Origin: Bifidobacteriaceae bacterium | Lineage (GTDB): Bacteria > Actinomycetota > Actinomycetes > Actinomycetales > WQXJ01 | Direction: 5' to 3' | NCBI GenBank assembly: GCA_031272885.1 | Contig: JAISSX010000043.1 | Location: forward strand, 9,851 to 73,850 | Length of the DNA: 64,000 nt | In this document: positions 38,225 to 45,919 of the stretch, piece by piece | Numbering within the stretch: position 1 is the first letter of the stretch | How the letters are laid out: every line of letters begins with the position of its first letter | Notes under the pieces: model-generated | What the model was told of the DNA's origin: nothing | What the model saw: the letters and a program-made list of their open reading frames with translations, nothing else | Database searches by the model: none | Program-made: the position numbers and the translations under genes

Positions 38225-39451
38225 TCACCTCCGTTCCTGACGGTCGTCCTCTAAGCATAATGTGTCAACCAGAGTGCCGGGCCTGACAGCTTTCGGCCCA
38301 AAGCGCAACCGCACTTGATCGGCCGCGGCCTCGGCCGCCCGCAGGGCGGCCGGTTCGCGCGGCCCGGCGGCCTGGTCCAACGTCAGTTGGACCGCCTGGC
38401 CCTCGCCTTGGACCAGGTTCTCCAGCCGCACGCCGATCAGGCGGACGGGCAGCCCGTGCAGGTTGACGGCCGCCAATAGAGATTCGGCCACCGCCAGCAC
38501 GGCCTTGGCCGAATCGACCGGCGAGTCCAGGGTGCGGGCGCGGCTGACCGTGGTGAAATCGCTGGTACGGACCTTCAGGCCAACCGTGCGGCACATCAGG
38601 CCCTGGGCCCGCAGGCGTTGGGTGGAGCGTTCAACCAGTTGCAGCAGGGCGCGGCGCAGTTCCGGCCCGCGCGGCAGGTCGGTGTCGAACGTCACTTCCG
38701 CACCCAGGGATTTCTCGTCCCGTTCCGGTACCACCGGTGCGTTGTCCTGACCGTTGGCCATGGCCCTCAGGTGCATGGCGTTGGCCTGTCCGATGGCGCG
38801 CACCAAGGTTGGTAGCGGGCTGTCCGCCAGGTCACCGACCGTCACAATGCCGAGACGGGCCAAGGCGGCCTCGGTCTTGGCGCCGACGCCCCACAAGGCG
38901 TTGATCGGTAACGGGCGCAGGAAGGCCAACGTCTGGTCCGGTGGCACCTCCAGCAGGCCATCCGGTTTGGCCCGAGTCGAGGCGATCTTGGCCACCGACT
39001 TGGAGCGGCCGATACCCACCGAACAGGTGATGCCGAAACCCTGCCGCACCTGGGCCCGGATCCGTTCACCGATCTGCCGAGCCGGGCCAAGGCGGCGCAG
39101 CGCCCCGGTGACGTCCAGAAACGCCTCATCGATCGAAACCTGTTGCACCAATGGCGTGACCGCCCGCAGCAACTCCATGACCCCATGTGAGACTTCGGCG
39201 TAGACCGCCCGGTGCGGTTCGATCCACACCGCCTGCGGGCATAGGCGCCGAGCCTGGCCCACCGGCATGGCCGAATGGACGCCGAACGCCCGCGCCTCAT
39301 AAGTGGCGGCCACCACCACACCGCGCTCCCCCGCCCCGGCCACCACCACTGGCTGCCCGCGCAACTCGGGGCGGGTGCGCAGTTCCACGGAAGCGAAGAA
39401 CGCGTCCATGTCGACATGCAGCACCGTGCGGGTGACGCCGGTTTCGGCCAT
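38225..39451 (-). CDS. dinB: DNA polymerase IV (Y family)
   Basis: HVDMDAFFASVE, YEAR.FGV, SIDEAFLD and KPDG motifs; probable ATG at 39451. Confidence 0.96.
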   Translation of the reverse strand: MAETGVTRTVLHVDMDAFFASVELRTRPELRGQPVVVAGAGERGVVVAATYEARAFGVHSAMPVGQARRLCPQAVWIEPHRAVYAEVSHGVMELLRAVTPLVQQVSIDEAFLDVTGALRRLGPARQIGERIRAQVRQGFGITCSVGIGRSKSVAKIASTRAKPDGLLEVPPDQTLAFLRPLPINALWGVGAKTEAALARLGIVTVGDLADSPLPTLVRAIGQANAMHLRAMANGQDNAPVVPERDEKSLGAEVTFDTDLPRGPELRRALLQLVERSTQRLRAQGLMCRTVGLKVRTSDFTTVSRARTLDSPVDSAKAVLAVAESLLAAVNLHGLPVRLIGVRLENLVQGEGQAVQLTLDQAAGPREPAALRAAEAAADQVRLRFGPKAVRPGTLVDTLCLEDDRQERR

Positions 39452-39457
39452 GACGTC

Positions 39458-39479
39458 ATTATCCAACCGACCGCTGACA
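39458..39479 (-). promoter_or_regulatory. PafBC-type (RecA-NDp) promoter of dinB, leaderless
   Basis: TGTCAG-N10-GATAAT-N6-ATG versus consensus TGTCGG-N10-TANNNT. Confidence 0.55.
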
Positions 39480-39508
39480 CCCACCCGCCCCCACCCCTCG
39501 CGCATCGT

Positions 39509-39644
39509 CCCTCCCTCCTCCCGAAAGGTCACTTTCCCAGCCCGAGAGGTCAATTCCGGGCCAAATTGGGGCTGTGTTACCGGTCACAACCACCCCAAAT
39601 TGACCTCTCGGGCTGGGAAAGTGACCTCTCGCGAGGAGGGGGGA
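39509..39644. repeat. ~135-bp inverted-repeat element with 21-bp internal period
   Basis: Arms CCCTCCTCCCGAAAGGTCACTTTCCCAGCCCGAGAGGTCAATT / AATTGACCTCTCGGGCTGGGAAAGTGACCTCTCGCGAGGAGGG. Confidence 0.9.
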
Positions 39645-39646
39645 GA

Positions 39647-40513
39647 ATGGGCGGCATGGGGTCGAATCAGCGCCAGACTGAACGGAGCGGGCGGACCGGA
39701 CGGCGCCGGCCGGCCGTAGTGCCACCGCCCACCGACGCCTTCGCCATCGACACCGGCACGGCCAGCTTCTTGGCCGATCCCCATCGGCCCGGCACCGTAA
39801 CACTGCTGGTCAACGGGGCCCACTCATCACCTTTCAACCTCCACGACCCGGCCGAACTGTACTTCGAGTACATGCAATGGATGCTGGCAGTGCTGCGCAG
39901 CCTCTACCCACCCGAGACGCCGCTGCGGGGCCTGCACCTGGGCGGCGCCGCCTGCGCCCTGCCACGCGCCATCGGGCACCTGTGGCCGGACAGCCGCCAT
40001 CTGGCCATTGAGATCGACGCCAAACTGGCCGAAGCCGTGCGGGCCCACCTGCCGCTGCCACGCGCACCCAAGCTGCGCCTACGGGTGGGGGATGCGCTGG
40101 CGGCACTGGCCGGCAAGACGCCCGCCACCTGCGACATCATTGTGCGGGACGTGTTCGATGGCGTCCGGGTACCGCCCCACGTGGCCGGCACCGAAGCCGC
40201 TCGGCTGGCGGCCCAAGCCCTGGCGCCCAGCGGTGTCTACCTGGTCAACTGCGCCGACCAGCCCGGCCTGCCGGTGGCGAGACGCGAGGCGGCCACCCTG
40301 GCCACCGCCTTCCCCTACGTGGCGGTGATCGCCGAACCGGGCCAACTGCGGGGCCGGCGGCGGGGCAACGCGGTGCTGGTGGCGCGGCACCAAGCCACCA
40401 CACCGGAAACAGAAAGCGACCTCGCACGCCTGCTGCGGGCGGACGCCTTTCCCGCCCGGCTGATCACCGGGGAGGAGACGCCCACCTGGGCAGGCGGCGC
40501 GAGGCCGCTATGA
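39647..40513 (+). CDS. Spermidine-synthase-like SAM-dependent protein
   Basis: L.FEYM, LHLGGAAC.LPR, AIEIDA, DIIVRDVF and G.YLVN motifs. Confidence 0.8.
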   Translation: MGGMGSNQRQTERSGRTGRRRPAVVPPPTDAFAIDTGTASFLADPHRPGTVTLLVNGAHSSPFNLHDPAELYFEYMQWMLAVLRSLYPPETPLRGLHLGGAACALPRAIGHLWPDSRHLAIEIDAKLAEAVRAHLPLPRAPKLRLRVGDALAALAGKTPATCDIIVRDVFDGVRVPPHVAGTEAARLAAQALAPSGVYLVNCADQPGLPVARREAATLATAFPYVAVIAEPGQLRGRRRGNAVLVARHQATTPETESDLARLLRADAFPARLITGEETPTWAGGARPL

Positions 40514-40553
40514 GTTCAGGTAGCCGCAACGGCCACCTGGCTGGGTTGGGGAT

Positions 40554-40757
40554 CTAGAGAACCCGGACGTTGGACGCCTGGGGACCCTTCTGGCCTTCGG
40601 TGATGTCGAATTCGACCCGCTGGCCTTCTTCCAGGTTGCGGAAACCATCGGCCTGAATGGCCGAATAGTGGACGAAGACGTCCTGGCCGCCACCATCTTG
40701 CTCAATGAAGCCGTAACCCTTTTCCGAGTTGAACCACTTCACGCTGCCTACTGCCAT
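40554..40757 (-). CDS. cspA: Cold-shock protein
   Basis: [22 protein letters not shown] and KGPQA motifs. Confidence 0.95.
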   Translation of the reverse strand: MAVGSVKWFNSEKGYGFIEQDGGGQDVFVHYSAIQADGFRNLEEGQRVEFDITEGQKGPQASNVRVL

Positions 40758-40951
40758 GTACTGCATTCCTTCCGGGACATAAGGTGGCGCCGGGTGCACC
40801 GCCTCCTACTGCCGCGCCGTCATGAAAACCTTGGACGGGGTTCCGGAACGGTTCCAGCCAGGTGTTTCTTATACGTCACTGCTGCACCGACCATCCTGGC
40901 ACGAGCGGGCGCAACCATCAAATGAGGTTACCCGGCGGGGCCCAGGGGCGG

Positions 40952-41935
40952 TCAGGAGAATTCCGGCCCGGCGGGGCCGTCCTGGCCGTTCGGGCCGCCC
41001 TGGCCGTCCTGGCCGTCCTGGCCGTCCGCCTGGTCTGTCTCACCCAAGGCGGCAAGGTACTTTTCGAACTCGGCAGCCAGTTCGTCGCCGGTGGGCAGAG
41101 CCTCGGCCTCCAGTTCGCCGGCGGCCCGGCGCTGCAGCGCCTGGTCGTAGCGATCCTCCATGCGGCGCACCGCGTCTACCAGATCGGGCGAGCTAGCCAC
41201 CTGCTGGTCGATCTGCGCCCGGGCCTCCGCGCCAGCCTTGATCAGGCGTCCCAGTTCGAAGTTGAGGCCCGTCACGCCGCCGATGACGCGCAGCAGTTGG
41301 GCGGCCCCACCCGGGCAGGGCGTGGAGGCCAGGTAGGCCGGCACCTGCAGCGAATAGGTCGAGGCCTGACGGCCGTTCTCCTTCAGCTTGATCTCGACCA
41401 AGCCCATGGCGGAGCCCGGCAGATGGATGCGGCCTTCGTGGCCGGTCAGTTCCTTGACCAGGGATTCCGGCTGGCCCGGGCCGGAAACCCGCCACGGGCG
41501 GGTGTGGGGCACCGGCACCGGGATGCCGTGCATGCCGATGGCGTGGCCGATGTCGAAGTGATCCGCTAAATCAACCATGGCGCCAGCGAAGGCCTCCCAC
41601 TTGAAGTCGGGTTCGGGGCCATACATCAAGAGGAGCGGCGCCCCCTCGGCATCGTGTACAACATCGATGCCGAGGTCCGGCTGACTGACCCCCAACCAGC
41701 CGTTAGGCCCATATGACATGGGCGGGCGCCTCGAGCGGTAATCCAACAAGTCATCGGTGCGGAAGCTCACCAGACGCTGGGCGTCCCCGTGAGTGACCAG
41801 GTCATTGATGGCCAGGCCAGCCACTACTCCAGCGTCCACAAACCCATCGAAGGCATACAGCAGCCGAGGTGGCTCTCCCCATGATTCAAGCCCCTCGGCC
41901 ACCTCGCGGTGGATTGTGTACAGCTCCTCTTGCAT
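40952..41935 (-). CDS. PAC2 family (proteasome assembly chaperone-like) protein
   Basis: GFVDAG, DYRSRRP, GPEPD..W, VPHTRP and QVP.Y motifs; likely ATG at 41935. Confidence 0.88.
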   Translation of the reverse strand: MQEELYTIHREVAEGLESWGEPPRLLYAFDGFVDAGVVAGLAINDLVTHGDAQRLVSFRTDDLLDYRSRRPPMSYGPNGWLGVSQPDLGIDVVHDAEGAPLLLMYGPEPDFKWEAFAGAMVDLADHFDIGHAIGMHGIPVPVPHTRPWRVSGPGQPESLVKELTGHEGRIHLPGSAMGLVEIKLKENGRQASTYSLQVPAYLASTPCPGGAAQLLRVIGGVTGLNFELGRLIKAGAEARAQIDQQVASSPDLVDAVRRMEDRYDQALQRRAAGELEAEALPTGDELAAEFEKYLAALGETDQADGQDGQDGQGGPNGQDGPAGPEFS

Positions 41936-42216
41936 CGTTTCCCTTCCTTGTCCGGGCCGAGCCGGCACCAGCCGGCCCCCATGAGGCCGGCGCGATGCGG
42001 CGGTGGCAAGCGTCAAGACACGGGACCTGGGGCGGCGCGCCGATGGCGGCCTGTCCCCAGGGACCGGTTGATGCCCGCTCGTACTACCGTCAACAACACG
42101 GCTACCGGATTCATTCCAAGGGTTCCACACCGTTTGGGGCTTTCGCCGTCCACCCTTCAAGCAATAGTATGGATGGCCGCGTTTTCTTCCCTGTTACCTG
42201 AGCCCTGGAGGCGCGC

Positions 42217-44544
42217 GTGTCCGACGCCTACCGCGACCAAGTCGCGGCCGAACAGGCTCACGTGACGCGTGCCTACCGCCGCCTCGACACCCTGCGCCAC
42301 CAGGCTCGCGAGCGCCTTGACCAGGTGCGGCGCGGCCGGGCCGGCGGCTCACCCCAAAACCGGTCCGAACGCGATTCGTTCGCGGCTTTACATTCGGACC
42401 GGCTGGCCCAACTGGAGTCGGTCGAAGACCGGTTGGTGTTTGGCCGCCTGGACCTGACCGATGGCGAAACCCGGCACATCGGCCGGATCGGCCTGCAGGA
42501 CGGCGACCTGACAGCGCTTCTGACCGACTGGCGGGCACCGGCCGCCGAACCGTTCTACCAGGCCACCTCGGCCCGGCGGCTGGGGGTGCGGCTGCGCCGA
42601 CATATCACCACCACCGGCCGGCAGGTCACCGCCATCGAAGACGAACTGCTCGATGTCGCGGCCGACCCTGGGGCGGCGGCCGCGCTGTCGGGCGAGGGCG
42701 CGTTGATGGCGGCCTTGGCGGCCGGGCGGACCGGCCACATGGGCGACATCGTCGCTACGATCCAGGCCGAACAGGACCGCATCATCCGGTCCGACCTGGC
42801 CGGGGCGCTGGTGGTGCAGGGCGGGCCGGGCACGGGCAAGACCGCGGTGGCGCTGCACCGGGCGGCCTACCTGCTCTATTCGCATCGGGAGCAGTTGGCT
42901 GCCAGGGGCGTGCTGGTGGTGGGACCGAGCCGTATCTTCCTGCGCTACATCGACCGAGTGTTGCCGTCACTGGGCGAGACGGGCGTGGTGGCCTCGACGC
43001 TGGGAGACCTGATCCCAGGCCTGTCGGTAGAGCGCCCGGAGGAGCCGGCGGTGGCCGCCATCAAGGGCCGGGCCGAGATGGCCGACGTGGTCAAGGCCGC
43101 CGTCCTGGAGCGCCAACGGCTGCCGCGACGCGACATCGTGCTCAAAGTACTGGGCCGCAGCGTGGTGCTGCGGCGGGCGGACGTGGTAGCAGCGCGGGGG
43201 GCGGCGCGGACCTCCGGCAAGCCGTACAACCAGGCCCGCGTGGTGTTCGTCAAACAGATTCTCGAACGCCTGGCGGCCCAGATGGTGCAGCAACTGGGCG
43301 ACGGCCTGGTGGCAGAGGACTACACCGAGGTGGTGCAGGACCTGCGGGCGGCCCGCGAGGTACGCACCGCCGTCAACCTGTGCTGGATGCCGATGACGCC
43401 CGAACACCTGATAGCCGACCTGTACGCCAAACCGTACCTGCTGGAGCACTGCGCGCCCCAGTTGACCGCCGCCGAGCGGGCGATGCTGGTCCGCCCGGCC
43501 GAAGCTCCCTGGACGGTGGCGGACGTGCCCCTGCTGGACGAGGCGGCCGAACTGCTGGGCGAGGACGACCAGGCCGCCCAGGCTTTGCGGCGCGAAGAGG
43601 CGGCCCGGCGGCGGCGCGAGATCGAATACGCCCGAGGCGTGTTGTCGCTGCACGGGATAGAACAAGAATTGGCCGAACGGGTGGTGGACCGGTTCGCCGA
43701 CCAGGGACCATCACTGACCGTGGCGGAACGGGCCGGGGCAGATCGAAGCTGGACCTACGGCCATATCGTGGTGGATGAGGCCCAGGAACTGTCCCCCATG
43801 GACTGGCGCATGCTGCTGCGCCGCTGTCCGTCGCGCTCTTTGACGATTGTGGGCGACGCCGGCCAGACGCGGGCGGCGGGGGCCGCCGGTACCTGGGAGG
43901 CGTCCCTTGGACCGGTGCTTGGGCCAGCGGCCGGCCGCACGCCGGGCCGAACCTCGGAGCGGCGCGGCGCTAAGCGAGTTGGTCCCAAGCGAACCGGCGC
44001 CGGTTGGCGGCTGGAACAACTGACCGTCAACTACCGGACGCCCGGTGCCGTGGTGCGGGCCGCCCAGGCGATGGCCCGGGCGGCCGGGCTGCCGGTCGGT
44101 TCGGACACGGCCGCGCGGGACGTCGAAGACGCCTTCACGGTGATGCAAGTAGCCGATCCGGTCGCGGAGGCCGTGGCCCTGGCCACCCGCTACGCCCCCG
44201 AAGGCCCGGCCGGACGGCTCGCCATCGTGCTGGCGCCCGGCGAGGTGGCGGCCGCCCTTGAGGCGATCCGCCGCAGTCCGCTGGCCGCCCGGGTAGCCCG
44301 GCCGGGCGAGAATCCGCTGGACCTGCCGGTAGCGGTGCTGGCAGCCGGCGATACCAAGGGGCTGGAGTTCGACTACGTCTTGATTGTGGAGCCGGCCCAC
44401 ATTGTGGGCGACAGCGCCGACCCGCTGGTCCGGCGGGCCGGGGCGGCCGATCTCTACGTGGCGATGACGCGGCCCACCCAGCGGCTGTGGCTGCTCTACT
44501 CGGCAGACCTGCCCCCCTTCCCTCGCGAAAGTACGGTTATGTAG
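42217..44544 (+). CDS. HelD-family RNA polymerase recycling ATPase/SF1 helicase-like protein
   Basis: DWRAP, DIVATIQ.EQD, GGPGTGKT, VVDEAQE, KGLEFD and LYVAMTR motifs. Confidence 0.9.
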   Translation: MSDAYRDQVAAEQAHVTRAYRRLDTLRHQARERLDQVRRGRAGGSPQNRSERDSFAALHSDRLAQLESVEDRLVFGRLDLTDGETRHIGRIGLQDGDLTALLTDWRAPAAEPFYQATSARRLGVRLRRHITTTGRQVTAIEDELLDVAADPGAAAALSGEGALMAALAAGRTGHMGDIVATIQAEQDRIIRSDLAGALVVQGGPGTGKTAVALHRAAYLLYSHREQLAARGVLVVGPSRIFLRYIDRVLPSLGETGVVASTLGDLIPGLSVERPEEPAVAAIKGRAEMADVVKAAVLERQRLPRRDIVLKVLGRSVVLRRADVVAARGAARTSGKPYNQARVVFVKQILERLAAQMVQQLGDGLVAEDYTEVVQDLRAAREVRTAVNLCWMPMTPEHLIADLYAKPYLLEHCAPQLTAAERAMLVRPAEAPWTVADVPLLDEAAELLGEDDQAAQALRREEAARRRREIEYARGVLSLHGIEQELAERVVDRFADQGPSLTVAERAGADRSWTYGHIVVDEAQELSPMDWRMLLRRCPSRSLTIVGDAGQTRAAGAAGTWEASLGPVLGPAAGRTPGRTSERRGAKRVGPKRTGAGWRLEQLTVNYRTPGAVVRAAQAMARAAGLPVGSDTAARDVEDAFTVMQVADPVAEAVALATRYAPEGPAGRLAIVLAPGEVAAALEAIRRSPLAARVARPGENPLDLPVAVLAAGDTKGLEFDYVLIVEPAHIVGDSADPLVRRAGAADLYVAMTRPTQRLWLLYSADLPPFPRESTVM

Positions 44545-44630
44545 GCCAGGCACGCCGGGCGGATTGCGTTTTCGCAGGTCAAATGGTTGGGCTTGGTGGG
44601 CTGCAGCTACATAACCGTACTCTCGCGAGG
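44521..44630. repeat. 110-bp inverted-repeat element with central CAGGTCA motif
   Basis: 24-bp arms CCTCGCGAAAGTACGGTTATGTAG / CTACATAACCGTACTCTCGCGAGG (1 mismatch); centre GCGTTTTCGCAGGTCA. Confidence 0.88.
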
Positions 44631-44636
44631 AGACTA

Positions 44637-45845
44637 TTAGTAGAGGACGCGGAGGCGGATGGTCTCCGGGAGGCCTGCCAGGTATTCCAGCCCGGCGGCA
44701 TCGGCCGGTGAACCGACATCGGTCAGCACGTAACCCAGTTCGCCCAAGGTGCCCAACACCTGACCCACGATGTTGACGCCGCGGCCGGCCAACGCCTGGT
44801 TGATCGAGGCCAGGACACCCGGCACGTTGCGGTGGATGTGGGCCACGCGGTGGTCACCCTTTCCACCCGGGGCGGCCTCCAGCGCCAGGCGCGGCAGGTT
44901 GACCGACATCAGGGAGGCGCCCGTCAGGAGGTAGTCCCTTAGTTTGGTCGAGACGAAACGGCCGATCGACTCTTGGGCCTCCTCCGTGGAACCGCCCACG
45001 TGCGGGGTCAAGATGACGTTGGGCAGGCCACGCAGCTCGGACGCGAACGGGTCGCCGTTGGCCTTCGGCTCCGTGGGGAAAACGTCCACCGCGGCACCGC
45101 CCAGGTGCCCACCGGCGATGGCGTCCCGCAGCGCCTCGATGTCCACCACGTGGCCGCGCGACAGGTTGATGAAAATGGCGCCCGGGCGCATGGCGGCGAA
45201 CTCTGTGGTACCGAACAGGTCGGTGTTGGCGGCCCGGCCGTCCACGTGGACGCTGACGACATCGGCCGCTGCCAGCAGGTCTTCCAGGGTGTCGACGCGG
45301 CGGGCGTTACCGAGCGACAGCTTCTCGTCGATGTCGTAGAACACCACCGTCATACCCAAGGCCTCGGCCAAGACCGACAGTTGGGCGCCGATGGAGCCGT
45401 AGCCGACAATGCCGAGGGTGCGGCCCCTGACCTCGTGGGAGCCGGCGGCGGACTTGCGCCACACGCCGCTGTGCAGCGAGCGGTCGCGGTCGGTCAGGCG
45501 GCGGGTCAGGGCGATTATCTCGGCTACTGCCAGTTCCACCACCGAGCGGGTGTTCGAGTATGGCGCGTTGAACACGGCCACACCCTGGCGGGAGGCGGCC
45601 TGCAAGGCGATCTGGTTGGTACCGATGCAGTAGGCGCCGATGGCGAGCAGGTTGGGCGCAGCCGCCAGGACGTGCTTGGTGACCTGGGTCTTGGAACGGA
45701 TGCCCAACAAATCACAGCCTTGGACGGCCTGAGTCAGTTCGTCCTCATCCAGGGCGGCGGCGTAGGTCTGGACCTCGAAGCCGGCGCGCTGGAGGATGTC
45801 CACGCCAACCGGGTGGATGTTCTCAACCAGTAGTGCCTTGACCAC
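44637..45845 (-). CDS. serA: D-3-phosphoglycerate dehydrogenase with C-terminal ACT domain
   Basis: GIRSKT, CIGTNQ, GYGSIG, TPHVGGST and H.NVPG motifs. Confidence 0.95.
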   Translation of the reverse strand: MVKALLVENIHPVGVDILQRAGFEVQTYAAALDEDELTQAVQGCDLLGIRSKTQVTKHVLAAAPNLLAIGAYCIGTNQIALQAASRQGVAVFNAPYSNTRSVVELAVAEIIALTRRLTDRDRSLHSGVWRKSAAGSHEVRGRTLGIVGYGSIGAQLSVLAEALGMTVVFYDIDEKLSLGNARRVDTLEDLLAAADVVSVHVDGRAANTDLFGTTEFAAMRPGAIFINLSRGHVVDIEALRDAIAGGHLGGAAVDVFPTEPKANGDPFASELRGLPNVILTPHVGGSTEEAQESIGRFVSTKLRDYLLTGASLMSVNLPRLALEAAPGGKGDHRVAHIHRNVPGVLASINQALAGRGVNIVGQVLGTLGELGYVLTDVGSPADAAGLEYLAGLPETIRLRVLY

Positions 45846-45919
45846 CCGAACAGACTAACCCGCCGCTGACCGGCTGCGACCCGCTTGCCATCTGCGACCC
45901 GCTTGCCAGCCTCAACCCG

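Noticed and set aside
39275-39646. N-terminal extensions of dinB and the spermidine-synthase-like ORF in the ORF track
   Set aside because: They run through the inverted-repeat element and overlap each other; downstream starts fit the conserved domains better.
41936-42216. Rifamycin-associated element upstream of the HelD-like gene (helR call)
   Set aside because: No convincing inverted repeat was recognisable, so the gene is left as generic HelD family.
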